Assembly (NCBI GenBank): GCA_013285995.1
Contig: JABDGN010000003.1
Coordinates: 5,317 to 69,316, forward strand
Direction of reading: 5' to 3'
DNA: 64,000 nucleotides
Origin: Gammaproteobacteria bacterium
GTDB taxonomy: Bacteria > Pseudomonadota > Gammaproteobacteria > JABDGN01
Shown here: positions 24,855-35,648 of the stretch, piece by piece
Layout of the letters: the number at the start of each line of letters is the position of its first letter
Position numbering within the stretch: the first letter of the stretch is position 1
Position numbers and translations under genes: made by a program
The notes under the pieces: generated by a model
What the model was told of the DNA's origin: nothing
Database searches by the model: none
The model's input: only the letters and a program-made list of their open reading frames with translations

Positions 24855-27305
24855 ATGAAAAAAAGTAATCTTGTGGTCCATAAATTTGGTGGCTCGTGTC
24901 TTATTGATCAAGCATCGATTGAAGGTATCAAAAAAATTTTACCAGCAAAGAACGAAATTATTGTTGTGTCTGCTATTAAAGGCATTACCAATCGACTACA
25001 GGCTCTATTAGATTTAGCCAAAGCAAATCTGGATTATTCTGCTGAAACTACCTCGCTTCAAGAGTTGCACGCCAACTTGGCACACGCCTTATTGGGTGCA
25101 GAACAAGCAGAGAAGTTTAAGCACGAACTGGATAAGGATTTTAATGATATTAAAAATATCTTGCAGAGTGTCAGCCTTGTAAAAGAGTATGCCAAAGAAA
25201 TTCAAGATTTGATTCTTGGCTATGGGGAACAATGGTGTGCCAAATTGCTGGCTATTTATCTGGATCAGCAGCATCATGTTCTTTATCTTGATGCAAGCCA
25301 AGTTTTATTTATTAATCAGCAAAAGAATGGCGTGATTAATATTGATTGGCAAAAAAGCCAAGTTGCCTTAGATCAATTTTTAGAAAAAAATAATTTTGAT
25401 CAACTGGTTATTACCGGATTTGTTGCCTCAACTATTGATGGTAAACGCACTACTTTAGGACGCAATGGTAGCGATTTTTCGGGAGCTATTTTTGCCAAAC
25501 TGTTTGCAGCTAAAGAATTGATTATTTGGACCGATGTTGACGGTATCTATAGCGCCAACCCTGCTAAAGTAAAATCAGCATTCCCTATCGATTATCTTGC
25601 TTATGAAGAAGCTTTTGAGCTGGCTTATTTCGGCGCTAAAGTCATTCATCCCAATACCATTGCACCAGCGGTTGAAAAAAAGATCCCTATTTATATTAAA
25701 AATAGTTTTAATCCTACTGCATCCGGAACAGGCATTATTGCCGAAGCCCCCAAATCCATCCACCCTATTCGCGGGCTGAGCAGTATTGATGATGTTGCGT
25801 TGGTAAATATCGAGGGTACCGGCATGATGGGGGTGTCTGGGATTGCTGCACGGGTTTTTCAAATATTACATCAAGCCTACATTTCAGTGATTTTAATTTC
25901 GCAAGCGAGCTCGGAACATTCCATTTGTTTTGCAGTAAAAAAAATCCAGGCTGATCTTGCGCTGGATATTTTAAAGGAACATTTTCAGTTTGAAATTTCG
26001 CAGCATGCTATTGAAAAAATGTATGCTGATTCTAATTGCGCTATTTTAGCAGCCGTGGGCGAAGGAATGGTAGGCGCTCCCGGTGTTGCTGGAAAACTAT
26101 GTGCGACACTGGCAAAAGCGAATATTAATATTCGGGCCATTGCGCAAGGTTCATCAGAACGAAATATCTCAGTCGTTGTGAATGCTCAGGATATTGTAAA
26201 AGCATTGCGGGCTGTTCATGCTGGATTTTATCTGTCTTCAAAAACTATTTCTATTGGTGTCGTTGGGCTAGGCAAAGTGGGCGGCGCTTTGTTAGAACAA
26301 ATTCAGGCGACAAAAAACCAACTTAAAGAAGAGTATCAGATTAATCTTTGTGTGCGTGGCATTATGAACAGCCAAAAAATGCTGTTAACTCAAGATGCAA
26401 TGAATTTAAAGCAGTGGCGTGACTTATTAAAACAATCAAATATGGCTGCATCATTAGAACAGTTTGTTGATCATATTCTTTCTGATGAAATGCCGCATGC
26501 TGCCATTATTGATTGCACAGCTAGTCAAATGACTACAGATTTTTATCTGAAAATCATTGAAAAAGGGGCGCATATTATTACGCCGAATAAAAAAGCTAAT
26601 TCCGGCGCGTTGGATTTTTATAAAGAGTTGAAAAATTTAGCGCAAAGCAAAAGCCGCCATTATCTTTATGAAACGACTGTCTGCGCTGGTTTGCCAATCA
26701 TAAAAACCTTGCAAGATTTTATTCAAACCGGGGATAAAGTGATTAAAATTGAAGGCATTGTTTCAGGAACTTTAGCTTTTATTTTTAGTCAACTTGTCCC
26801 GGGAAAATCTTTTTCCAGCATTTTATTCGATGCGAAAGAAAAGGGTTACACGGAACCAGATCCGCGAGATGATTTGTCTGGCATGGATATTGCGCGTAAA
26901 GTTGTATGTTTGGCCCGGGAAATAGGTCTTAGTATTGGTTTGAATGATGTTAAGGTACATAGCTTGGTTCCGCAAGATTTGCGAGGGTGTAGTGTAGAAG
27001 AATTTCTAAAAAAATTGCCAGAGTATGATCAACAGATAGATGCTGTTATGAAAAGTTCATTTGAAAAAAATGAAAAGTTAAGCTACGTCGCCTCTATCCA
27101 AGCTGATGGCAAGATCAGTGTCGACATGCAATCGTTACCCAAAGAGCATCCCTTCTCGCAATTGCAGGGCACAGATAATATGCTGATCTTTCAAACTCAA
27201 CGTTACAATCAACAGCCATTGATTATACGAGGGCCTGGTGCTGGCCCTGATGTGACAGCAGCAGGTGTGTTTGCAGATTTATTAAGACTGGTTTCATTTT
27301 TATGA
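24855..27305 (+). CDS. thrA: bifunctional aspartokinase/homoserine dehydrogenase I
   Basis: HKFGGS, TTLGRNGSDFS, ACT domains (SQASSEHSI, AQGSSERNIS), YETTV.AGLP, GYTEPDPRDDLSG. Confidence 0.96.
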   Translation: MKKSNLVVHKFGGSCLIDQASIEGIKKILPAKNEIIVVSAIKGITNRLQALLDLAKANLDYSAETTSLQELHANLAHALLGAEQAEKFKHELDKDFNDIKNILQSVSLVKEYAKEIQDLILGYGEQWCAKLLAIYLDQQHHVLYLDASQVLFINQQKNGVINIDWQKSQVALDQFLEKNNFDQLVITGFVASTIDGKRTTLGRNGSDFSGAIFAKLFAAKELIIWTDVDGIYSANPAKVKSAFPIDYLAYEEAFELAYFGAKVIHPNTIAPAVEKKIPIYIKNSFNPTASGTGIIAEAPKSIHPIRGLSSIDDVALVNIEGTGMMGVSGIAARVFQILHQAYISVILISQASSEHSICFAVKKIQADLALDILKEHFQFEISQHAIEKMYADSNCAILAAVGEGMVGAPGVAGKLCATLAKANINIRAIAQGSSERNISVVVNAQDIVKALRAVHAGFYLSSKTISIGVVGLGKVGGALLEQIQATKNQLKEEYQINLCVRGIMNSQKMLLTQDAMNLKQWRDLLKQSNMAASLEQFVDHILSDEMPHAAIIDCTASQMTTDFYLKIIEKGAHIITPNKKANSGALDFYKELKNLAQSKSRHYLYETTVCAGLPIIKTLQDFIQTGDKVIKIEGIVSGTLAFIFSQLVPGKSFSSILFDAKEKGYTEPDPRDDLSGMDIARKVVCLAREIGLSIGLNDVKVHSLVPQDLRGCSVEEFLKKLPEYDQQIDAVMKSSFEKNEKLSYVASIQADGKISVDMQSLPKEHPFSQLQGTDNMLIFQTQRYNQQPLIIRGPGAGPDVTAAGVFADLLRLVSFL

Positions 27306-27313
27306 GGTGCGCA

Positions 27314-28264
27314 ATGCAATTAAAAAAAAATCTAAACTCAGTAACAGCTTTTGCGCCGGCAAGCTGTGCCAATGTTGCGGTCGGGTTTGATATTTTAGGT
27401 TTTGCTATTGATGCAGTAGGCGATTATGTGAGTTTGACGCTGCGTAATGACAATCAAATTGTCATCGAAAAAATCGAATCTAAAGATGAATTGCCTTTGG
27501 ATCCTAAAAAAAATGTTGTTGCGGCGGTGATTCAAAAAGCCTGTGATGAATTGAATATCAGCCAAGGATTTTCAATTCATCTTCGCAAATCGATCGCTTT
27601 AAGTTCTGGCATGGGAGGATCAGCTGCCTCTGCGGTCGCAGCGATTGTGGCATTCAATCAATTTTTGCTTAAACCATTAACACCTGCTGATTTAATTCGC
27701 TATGCACTCTATGGCGAAGAAATTGCTTGTGGTCATGCGCATGCGGATAATGTGGTACCTTGTTTGCTGGGTGGTTTAACATTAACACGCAGCATAGATC
27801 CGCTCGATGTCATTCAACTGCCGGTTCCAAAATGTTTTTACGTTATTGTGCATCCGCATTTGCGAGTTGAAACTAAATTGGCGCGCGCGGTCATTAAATC
27901 TGAATTGCCGCTGAAAGAATATGTGCAACAATCGGCAAACTTAGCGTCTTTTATTGTTTCGCTTTATGAAAATAATATAAGCTTGTTGCAAAAATCGCTT
28001 ACTGATGTGTTAATTGAGCCCCAAAGATCTTCCTTAGTGTCTGGCTTTTATGAAGTTAAAGCAGCAGCATTAAAAGCAGGCGCGCTGGGAGTTTCATTTT
28101 CAGGATCGGGTCCCAGTTTATTTGCGTTTGCCGCAACACAGCAAAATGCAATCGAAGTCGGTAACACAATGCAAATTGCCTTTGCGAATGAAAAAATTGC
28201 CAGCGATATTTATGTCGATCAAATAAGCAAGAATGGCGCGAGGATATACCCTGCGTGGGTATAA
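27314..28264 (+). CDS. thrB: homoserine kinase
   Basis: APAS.ANV.VGFD.LG, SGMGGSAAS, HADNV.P, SGSGPS. Confidence 0.95.
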   Translation: MQLKKNLNSVTAFAPASCANVAVGFDILGFAIDAVGDYVSLTLRNDNQIVIEKIESKDELPLDPKKNVVAAVIQKACDELNISQGFSIHLRKSIALSSGMGGSAASAVAAIVAFNQFLLKPLTPADLIRYALYGEEIACGHAHADNVVPCLLGGLTLTRSIDPLDVIQLPVPKCFYVIVHPHLRVETKLARAVIKSELPLKEYVQQSANLASFIVSLYENNISLLQKSLTDVLIEPQRSSLVSGFYEVKAAALKAGALGVSFSGSGPSLFAFAATQQNAIEVGNTMQIAFANEKIASDIYVDQISKNGARIYPAWV

Positions 28265-28269
28265 AAACT

Positions 28270-29553
28270 ATGAACTTTATCAGTACCCGAAATAAAAATA
28301 TTTACAGCTCGCTTGCCGAGGCAATTCGTTTAGGTATGCCTGAGGATGGCGGTCTATACGTGCCTGAATATTTACCGAAGGTTAATTTAGATGCACTTGC
28401 TTCAGTTGCTAATTACAGCGAATTTGCAGCTTTAGTACTGAAAGATTTTTTTGCCGGAGATGTTTTGGCAGAGCAGTTATCAACACTCTGTCAAAAAGCG
28501 TTTGATTTTTCAATGCCACTGGAAAAAATAAACGATAATACTTTTATGTTAGAGCTATTTCATGGGCCTACTTTGTCTTTTAAAGATTTTGGCGCACGCT
28601 TTCTTGCAGAATGCTTTAATGTGCTTTCGCAAAACAAGAAAATGACTATCTTAGTTGCCACTTCCGGTGATACGGGTTCTGCTGTTGCGGCTGCATTTTA
28701 TAGGAAAAATGTAAATGTTATTATATTTTATCCGGCCGGAAAAATTTCACCGCGTCAAGAGCAACAAATTACTTGCTGGGATGAAAACATTTTAGCTTTG
28801 GCGGTCAATGATAATTTTGATGATTGTCAGCACATCGTTAAAAGTGCTTTTAATGATCCCTGGTGGCAAACTAAACTAAACTTAAGCACGGCCAATAGTA
28901 TTAATATTGGCAGATTACTGCCTCAAATTACGTATTATGCTTATACCAGTTTAAAATTTTTTCAAGCACATCAAGTGCAACCCGGTTTTATTGTGCCATC
29001 AGGAAATCTTGGCAATGTAACAGCGGCTTATTGGGCAAAACTAATGGGATTTCCCCTTCGTGAAATTGTGATTGCGAGCAATGCTAATCGGGTCATTTCG
29101 GATTATTTAGCAAGCAGCCAATATCAGCCGCGAGCGAGTCTTCAAACTTTAGCCAATGCGATGGATGTAGGAAATCCAAGTAATTTTGAACGTTTAAATT
29201 ATTTGTTTGATAGTTTCAAATTGTTTAAAGAAAATGTACAGGCCTTTAGTGTCACTGATGAAGAAATTAAAAAATCTATAAAAGATTTTTATCAGCGGTA
29301 TCAAAAAATTATTTGTCCGCATACTGCTACGGCTTGTTCGGTTAGAAATCAATTATCTGAAAAGCCCTGGATTGTAGTGGCAACTGCGGACCCCTGTAAG
29401 TTTGAAACCGCTATTGAATCTTTATTGCAGCAAAAAATTGCCCCATCGCCGCAGCTGCAAGCAATGCTATCAAGGCCCTCGCATGCTATAAATGTTTCTA
29501 ACAAGATGGATGATATTAAAAAGCTTATCGAGGGCTATTTTAAAAAAAGCTAG
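28270..29553 (+). CDS. thrC: threonine synthase
   Basis: LELFHGPTLSFKDFG, ATSGDTG, ANSINIGR, VPSGN.GN. Confidence 0.96.
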   Translation: MNFISTRNKNIYSSLAEAIRLGMPEDGGLYVPEYLPKVNLDALASVANYSEFAALVLKDFFAGDVLAEQLSTLCQKAFDFSMPLEKINDNTFMLELFHGPTLSFKDFGARFLAECFNVLSQNKKMTILVATSGDTGSAVAAAFYRKNVNVIIFYPAGKISPRQEQQITCWDENILALAVNDNFDDCQHIVKSAFNDPWWQTKLNLSTANSINIGRLLPQITYYAYTSLKFFQAHQVQPGFIVPSGNLGNVTAAYWAKLMGFPLREIVIASNANRVISDYLASSQYQPRASLQTLANAMDVGNPSNFERLNYLFDSFKLFKENVQAFSVTDEEIKKSIKDFYQRYQKIICPHTATACSVRNQLSEKPWIVVATADPCKFETAIESLLQQKIAPSPQLQAMLSRPSHAINVSNKMDDIKKLIEGYFKKS

Positions 29554-30203
29554 CTTCTTTTATTGCAACAGCGAGCCAATCCATTACCGCACCATTGGAC
29601 TAACTGCACCAACACAATGAGCAACACGACCGTGGCAATCATAATGCCGACGTCAAAACGCTGATAACCATAGCGAATGCCTAAATCGCCTAAACCGCCG
29701 CCACCGACGGCGCCGGCCATCGCGGAGTAACTGATGATCCCAATCACCGTCACCGTTAAGCCATTAATAATACCGGGCAAAGCTTCGGGTAATAAAACGC
29801 GGGTCATAATTTGCAAGGGTGATGCACCTAAAGTTAAGGCCGCTTCGGTTAAACCTTGTGGTACTTCTTCGAGTGAATTTTCGACTAAACGCGCGATGAA
29901 AGGAATGGCGCAAATAATGAGAGGTACCATCGCAGCCGTGGTGCCAATGGTGGTGCCAACTACCAAGCGCGTGAACGGCACGATCGCGACGAGCAAAATA
30001 ATAAATGGGATTGATCGCACGGCATTGACGATCGCGCCTAAAATTTTATTGACATAAATTTGTGCGACGATGCCCTGTTTACGTGTGGTAAATAAAATAA
30101 AGCCCAGTGGTACGCCTAACACACCCGCAATGAGGCTGGAAACGATGGTCATATACAAGGTTTCCCACAGTGCAGGTAATAATAAACTAAGCGTTGTTGA
30201 CAT
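29550..30203 (-). CDS. metI: methionine ABC transporter permease
   Basis: RSIPFIILLV, SAMAGAVGGGGLGDLGIRYGYQRF. Confidence 0.96.
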   Translation of the reverse strand: MSTTLSLLLPALWETLYMTIVSSLIAGVLGVPLGFILFTTRKQGIVAQIYVNKILGAIVNAVRSIPFIILLVAIVPFTRLVVGTTIGTTAAMVPLIICAIPFIARLVENSLEEVPQGLTEAALTLGASPLQIMTRVLLPEALPGIINGLTVTVIGIISYSAMAGAVGGGGLGDLGIRYGYQRFDVGIMIATVVLLIVLVQLVQWCGNGLARCCNKRS

Positions 30204-31224
30204 AACCCATCACCTCCACTTGTAAACCTTGTTCACGCAAATAGCGCATGCCGGTTGCGAGTTGTTCATCATCACCATACACTTCTAATAACATCACGCC
30301 GATAATTTGTTCTTGTACTAAACCTAAGTTGGCTTGCAAAATATTAAATTTAATGCCGTACTGCAAGGATAAATTCGACACCAACGGCTCAGCGGTTTTT
30401 TCACCAATAAATTCGATTCGTAAGACGGGAACTTGGCCGTGATCTGTCTTGCTAATGTGTAAGCGTTCTTGAATGCTGGGCGGTAAGTCAAATTTTAACG
30501 CGGGACGAATTAAATTGCGGGTGATTTCTGTTTTGGGTTGCGTGAATAAGTCGATGACGGAACCTTGTTCAACGATGCGACCGGCTTCGAGCACTGTAAC
30601 GTGAGCACAAATGGTTTTAATCACTTCAATTTCATGCGTGATGAGTAAAATTGTTAAACCTAATTTTTGATTGATAGCTTTTAATAATTCTAAAATTGAT
30701 TGCGTGGTTTCCGGATCTAAAGCGCTGGTGGCTTCATCGCATAATAAAATTTCCGGGTCGTTGGCTAGTGCACGCGCGATGGCCACGCGTTGTTTTTGCC
30801 CGCCACTTAATTGCGCAGGATAAGCTTTAGCTTTATCTTGCAAACCCACTAACGATAATAAGTTGGAGACTTTTTCACGGATAAAATTTTTCTTAATGCC
30901 AGCTAATTTGAGAGGAAGGGCGACGTTGTCATACACCGTGCGCGAACTTAATAAATTAAACTGCTGAAAAATCATGCCGATTTTGCGGCGCTTTTCGCGT
31001 AGTTTAGCAGCGCTTAAGCTGGCAAGATTAATCCCATCAATCAATACTTGCCCGCGATCCGGTTGTTCTAAAAAATTGACACAACGAATTAACGAACTTT
31101 TTCCCGCGCCACTTTTTCCGATGATGCCGCTAATGCTGCCACGCGGCACCAGCAGCGATACATCTTCTAAGGCGACAACACCGGAGGCAGGATAGGTTTT
31201 GTAAAGATGGGAAAGTTCAATCAT
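30187..31224 (-). CDS. metN: methionine ABC transporter ATP-binding protein
   Basis: GKSGAGKS, LSGGQKQRV, LLCDEATSALDPETT, C-terminal NIL domain. Confidence 0.96.
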   Translation of the reverse strand: MIELSHLYKTYPASGVVALEDVSLLVPRGSISGIIGKSGAGKSSLIRCVNFLEQPDRGQVLIDGINLASLSAAKLREKRRKIGMIFQQFNLLSSRTVYDNVALPLKLAGIKKNFIREKVSNLLSLVGLQDKAKAYPAQLSGGQKQRVAIARALANDPEILLCDEATSALDPETTQSILELLKAINQKLGLTILLITHEIEVIKTICAHVTVLEAGRIVEQGSVIDLFTQPKTEITRNLIRPALKFDLPPSIQERLHISKTDHGQVPVLRIEFIGEKTAEPLVSNLSLQYGIKFNILQANLGLVQEQIIGVMLLEVYGDDEQLATGMRYLREQGLQVEVMGYVNNA

Positions 31225-31667
31225 GCCTTGTTAGGAATTCTTACCGCTAACACATCACATTCTGCGCGGTGCAAAATCGAATCCGCTGTCGAACCTAATA
31301 ACAAAGCTAAACCGTGGCGACCATGGCTACCGACGATAATCAAATCGGCTTGTACCGCTTGCGCCGCTTCGGCAACCACCACACCAGGACTACCAATCTC
31401 CAAAAATTGTTGCCCAGCTGCAATGCCAACTGAATTCGCTAATGCTTGCAAAGATTCTTTATGTTCTTTCAATAATTCTTCTTCAACGTCAACAATAGCA
31501 GGATAAGCCGATGCTGCGCCATAACCATTGATATTTTCAACCGCATGCACCAGTGCTAAACTCGCGTTAAATTGTTGTGCAAATGCGCGCGCTGTCTCCA
31601 GCACTCGGCTGTCTTCATCGGGAATTAATTCAACGGCGACTAAAATTTTCTTGTATTGACCTTTCAT
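31221..31667 (-). CDS. universal stress protein (UspA family)
   Basis: YKKILVAV, ADLIIVGSHGRHGL..LLGSTA..ILH.A.CDVL.V. Confidence 0.93.
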   Translation of the reverse strand: MKGQYKKILVAVELIPDEDSRVLETARAFAQQFNASLALVHAVENINGYGAASAYPAIVDVEEELLKEHKESLQALANSVGIAAGQQFLEIGSPGVVVAEAAQAVQADLIIVGSHGRHGLALLLGSTADSILHRAECDVLAVRIPNKA

Positions 31668-31848
31668 GCTATCTCCTAAGTAATGTTGCTAAAAAACCTC
31701 GCCTATTAAACTGCTTTTTCACTTTTAATGCAAGCTCAAAAATTTAGGGTCTGTCTACAATTACAAAAAGTGAGCCAGGCAACTTACTCTTTTGTTTGTA
31801 TGGATTCCTTCTTTGCGACGCTTCGAGTATAATGTACCGCTTTTTTAT

Positions 31849-31930
31849 GCGAGAGTGGCGGAATTGGTAGACGCACTGGATTTAGGTTCCAGCGGGGAAA
31901 CCCGTGAGAGTTCGAGTCTCTCCTTTCGCA
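31849..31930 (+). tRNA. tRNA-Leu(TAG)
   Basis: GCGAGAG acceptor stem, GGAATTGGTAGAC D-loop, CTGGA-TTTAGGT-TCCAG anticodon arm, long variable arm, GTTCGAG; CCA not encoded. Confidence 0.95.
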
Positions 31931-31985
31931 CACTAACCACCTCCGGGTCAAACAGAATTTTTAGTTTTCATTTTTTGTGTTCTCG

Positions 31986-32091
31986 AAGCCGGATGGAGTA
32001 TTGAGCGCAAACTCTCAACAGCAGGGATGCTGTTGTGAAGCCTACAGGGAAGTATTCATGGCGTGTTTGCGGGCAATACTCCATCTGGCTT
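31986..32091. repeat. long inverted repeat with internal hairpin
   Basis: AAGCCGGATGGAGTATTGAGCGCAAAC / GTTTGCGGGCAATACTCCATCTGGCTT enclosing CAACAGCA-GGGA-TGCTGTTG. Confidence 0.75.
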
Positions 32092-32137
32092 ACAACAAAA
32101 ACAAAAAATGAAAGCTAAAAATCGAGGAAAAAATAAT

Positions 32138-33445
32138 ATGCAAGTGTCAGTTGAATCAACCAGTAATTTAGGTCGACGCATGTCGATCACCATCCCCAGC
32201 GAGCGCATCGAAGAAGCGGTGATGAAGCGCTTAAAGGATATTGCTAAACGCGTCAAAATGGATGGCTTTCGTGCCGGCAAAGTGCCCTTTAGCCGGGTAG
32301 AAAAAATTTACGGCGAAGATGCCCGCAGTGAAGTATTGCACGATATGATGAGTAAAGGCGTCTATGAAGCGTTCACGCAAGAAAAAATAATGCCGGCCGG
32401 ACGTCCCCGTTTAGAACACGATCATGACAATCATCCCAAAGCCGGTGAAGATTTTAAATTCGACGTGGAATATGAAGTATTTCCTGAGATCACCTTACCG
32501 GCTTTTAGCGAATTAAAAGTTGAAAAAGTGCAAGCCGCAGTCGCGGATGCCGACGTTGAGAAAACCATTGAAGCCATTCGCAAACAACAAGCCAAATGGG
32601 AAGAGGCAAGTCGCCCTGCAGAAAGCGGCGACAAAGTGAATATTGATTTTGTCGGTACGATTGATGGCGAGCCTTTAAAAGGCGGCGAAGGTAAAAATTT
32701 TGATTTAGAGTTGGGCTCTAACAGCATGATTCCTGGGTTTGAATCGGGTTTAATTAACAGCACTGCAGAACAAGATGTGACTCTACAAGCCACTTTTCCA
32801 GAAGATTATCATGCGAAAGAATTAGCCGGTAAAACTGCAGAATTTAAAGTTCACGTTAATTCTGTAAAAACAGCTAAATTACCCGAGCTCGATGATGAAT
32901 TTGCTAAAATACTCAATGTTGAAGGTGGGTTAGCAGAACTCAAAACCCAAGTACGTAATAATATGGAACGGGAACTCAATCAAGTGTTGAAAAATAAAAA
33001 TAAACAACATGTACTGGACAGTTTATTGACGGCAACTAAATTGGAAGTACCGCAAGCCTTAATCGCTGAAGAAGTCTATCGTCTGCAAAAAAATATGCAC
33101 GAGCGTTTAGGTGGTAAAATGGATTTCGAACTGATCGTCAAACACAGTGGTGCACAATTTACTGAAGAAGCCCATCGTCGTGTGTCGGTTGGCTTATTGC
33201 TAAATGAAATTATTAAAGAGCGCGAAATTAAACCGGATGCGGAACAAGTGCGTAAAGCGGTTGAAACATTAGCGGCGCCGTATGAAAAACCAGCCGAATT
33301 AATTCGTCATTATTATCAAGATAAAGATCGCTTGGCGGAAGTTGAAATGTTGGTGACGGAAGATGCGGCGATTGAGGCAATTTTATCGGAAGCCGTTGTT
33401 ACCGAAAAAAGTTTAAATTTTGATGAAGTGATGGGGAGAAAATAG
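32138..33445 (+). CDS. tig: trigger factor
   Basis: [12 protein letters not shown]-type DFVGTIDGE...MIPGFE; start MQVSVE at 32138. Confidence 0.97.
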   Translation: MQVSVESTSNLGRRMSITIPSERIEEAVMKRLKDIAKRVKMDGFRAGKVPFSRVEKIYGEDARSEVLHDMMSKGVYEAFTQEKIMPAGRPRLEHDHDNHPKAGEDFKFDVEYEVFPEITLPAFSELKVEKVQAAVADADVEKTIEAIRKQQAKWEEASRPAESGDKVNIDFVGTIDGEPLKGGEGKNFDLELGSNSMIPGFESGLINSTAEQDVTLQATFPEDYHAKELAGKTAEFKVHVNSVKTAKLPELDDEFAKILNVEGGLAELKTQVRNNMERELNQVLKNKNKQHVLDSLLTATKLEVPQALIAEEVYRLQKNMHERLGGKMDFELIVKHSGAQFTEEAHRRVSVGLLLNEIIKEREIKPDAEQVRKAVETLAAPYEKPAELIRHYYQDKDRLAEVEMLVTEDAAIEAILSEAVVTEKSLNFDEVMGRK

Positions 33446-34068
33446 TGGCAATAAAAAATCAATTAGTACCAATGGTTATTGAACAAACAGCGCGCGGTGA
33501 GCGCTCGTTTGATATTTATTCACGTTTGTTAAAAGATCGGGTGATCTTTTTAGTCGGTGAAGTCGAAGATCACATGGCCAATTTAGTGGTTGCGCAAATG
33601 TTGTTTTTGGAATCTGAAAATCCCGACAAAGATATTTATCTTTATATTAATTCACCCGGTGGTGTAGTCAGTGCTGGTTTAGCAATTTATGATACCATGC
33701 AATTTATTAAGCCTGATGTTAGCACTCTGTGCATTGGCCAAGCCGCTAGCATGGGTGCTTTATTACTGACTTCTGGTGCGCCCGGCAAACGTTATTGTTT
33801 GCCCAATTCGCGGGTGATGATTCACCAACCTATAGGCGGGTATCAAGGTCAAGCCACCGATATCGCCATTCATGCGCGTGAAACTTTGAAAGTCCGCGAA
33901 CGCCTAGAGCAAATTTTAGCAAAACACACCGGCAAATCGGCGGAACAAATTAAAACGGATACTGAGCGTGATAATTTCATGAGCGCGAGTGAAGCTAAAG
34001 AATATAATTTAGTGGATGCAATTATGGAACAGCGCCCTGCGTTGACGAGTAAGACGGAAACTAAGTAA
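33445..34068 (+). CDS. clpP: ATP-dependent Clp protease proteolytic subunit
   Basis: [29 protein letters not shown]. Confidence 0.98.
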   Translation: MAIKNQLVPMVIEQTARGERSFDIYSRLLKDRVIFLVGEVEDHMANLVVAQMLFLESENPDKDIYLYINSPGGVVSAGLAIYDTMQFIKPDVSTLCIGQAASMGALLLTSGAPGKRYCLPNSRVMIHQPIGGYQGQATDIAIHARETLKVRERLEQILAKHTGKSAEQIKTDTERDNFMSASEAKEYNLVDAIMEQRPALTSKTETK

Positions 34069-34079
34069 GGATTGAGAGC

Positions 34080-34181
34080 GTAGGTCGGCTTCCCGCGTTT
34101 CATTTTAATGAAACGCGCAAGCCGACAGCCAATGTCGGCTTACTCACCTCGCGTTACGCGAGGTTCGGGAAGCCGACCTAC
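34080..34181. repeat. GTAGGTCGGCTT...AAGCCGACCTAC REPIN-like doublet (family D)
   Basis: Other copies at 38096-38205, 41002-41105, 44563-44665, 47955-48074. Confidence 0.88.
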
Positions 34182-34201
34182 ATTTGATCTGAGGAAATAC
34201 A

Positions 34202-35518
34202 ATGAGTGAAACAACAACACCCACTGGCGAGAACAAGCCCACTTTGTTTTGTTCTTTCTGTGGTAAAAGCCAACATGATGTGCGCAAGTTAATTGCGGGC
34301 AACAGTGTGTTTATTTGCGATGATTGCGTGGATTTATGTAACGACATCATTCGTGAAGAATTAGCCGAAGCCGAAGCACAAGAGCAGCAAGCGGATTTGC
34401 CCACACCGGAAAAGATTTATAAAACCTTAGACGAGTATGTTATCGATCAACATTACGCCAAACGTGTATTGTCGGTTGCGGTTTATAACCATTACAAACG
34501 TTTAAATAGCGCCAAGCTAGAAGACGAAGTTGAAATTCGTAAAAGTAATATTTTATTAATTGGCCCGACCGGTAGTGGTAAAACTTTATTAGCTGAAACC
34601 TTAGCGCGCAGTTTGAATGTGCCATTCACGATTGCCGATGCAACCACTTTAACCGAAGCCGGTTATGTCGGTGAAGACGTTGAAAATATTATTCAAAAAT
34701 TATTACAGAACTGTGAGTACGATGTATCCAAAGCCGAAATGGGCATTGTATACATCGATGAAATCGATAAAATTTCTCGTAAATCGGAAAATCCTTCTAT
34801 TACGCGCGATGTATCGGGTGAAGGCGTGCAACAAGCTTTATTGAAATTAATTGAAGGCACCGTGGCTTCCGTTCCGCCCCAAGGTGGACGCAAACATCCG
34901 CAGCAAGAATTTTTACAAGTCAACACCACCAATATTTTATTTATTTGTGGTGGTGCATTTAGTGGCTTGGATAAAGTTATCCGCGCTCGCACGGAAAAAT
35001 CGGGGATTGGGTTTAATGCCGAAGTGGTTTCGAAAGATGATCAAAAAGTCATTGGTGAAATTCTTAAAACGGCTGAGCCCGAAGATCTCATTAAATTTGG
35101 CTTGATTCCTGAATTTGTCGGACGCTTACCGGTGATTGCGACCTTAGAAGAATTAGATCAGAAGGCTTTAGTGCGCGTGTTGGCAGAGCCAAAAAATGCG
35201 CTTATCAAGCAATATACTAAGTTATTTAAAATGGAAGGCGTGGAATTGGAGTTTCGTCCGGAAGCTTTAAACGCGATTGCAACCAAAGCCGTGGAACGCA
35301 AAACCGGTGCGCGCGGTTTGCGCAGTATTTTAGAAAAAACTTTATTGGATGTGATGTTTGAAATTCCTTCTAACAAGAGCATTAGCAAAGTGATTGTTGA
35401 TGAGGCTTGTGTGAAGGGAGAAAGTAAACCGGTGTTGGTGTACAGTCAAACTGAACGCAAAGCCGCGCCGATTGTTGCAGAGCCAAAAGCAGAGCCGAAA
35501 ATAGCCAAGCAGGCTTAG
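34202..35518 (+). CDS. clpX: ATP-dependent Clp protease ATP-binding subunit
   Basis: CSFCGK zinc finger, [25 protein letters not shown] loop. Confidence 0.98.
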   Translation: MSETTTPTGENKPTLFCSFCGKSQHDVRKLIAGNSVFICDDCVDLCNDIIREELAEAEAQEQQADLPTPEKIYKTLDEYVIDQHYAKRVLSVAVYNHYKRLNSAKLEDEVEIRKSNILLIGPTGSGKTLLAETLARSLNVPFTIADATTLTEAGYVGEDVENIIQKLLQNCEYDVSKAEMGIVYIDEIDKISRKSENPSITRDVSGEGVQQALLKLIEGTVASVPPQGGRKHPQQEFLQVNTTNILFICGGAFSGLDKVIRARTEKSGIGFNAEVVSKDDQKVIGEILKTAEPEDLIKFGLIPEFVGRLPVIATLEELDQKALVRVLAEPKNALIKQYTKLFKMEGVELEFRPEALNAIATKAVERKTGARGLRSILEKTLLDVMFEIPSNKSISKVIVDEACVKGESKPVLVYSQTERKAAPIVAEPKAEPKIAKQA

Positions 35519-35648
35519 GTTTTTTTTTCTTCGTCATTCCCGCGAAAGCGGGAATCCAGGTTTTTTGGGGATTAGCCCACGTTTTTCTGGATTCCCGCCT
35601 ACGTGGGAATGACGCATTTACAATACAGCTAAAACGAGTGAAGCCCCT

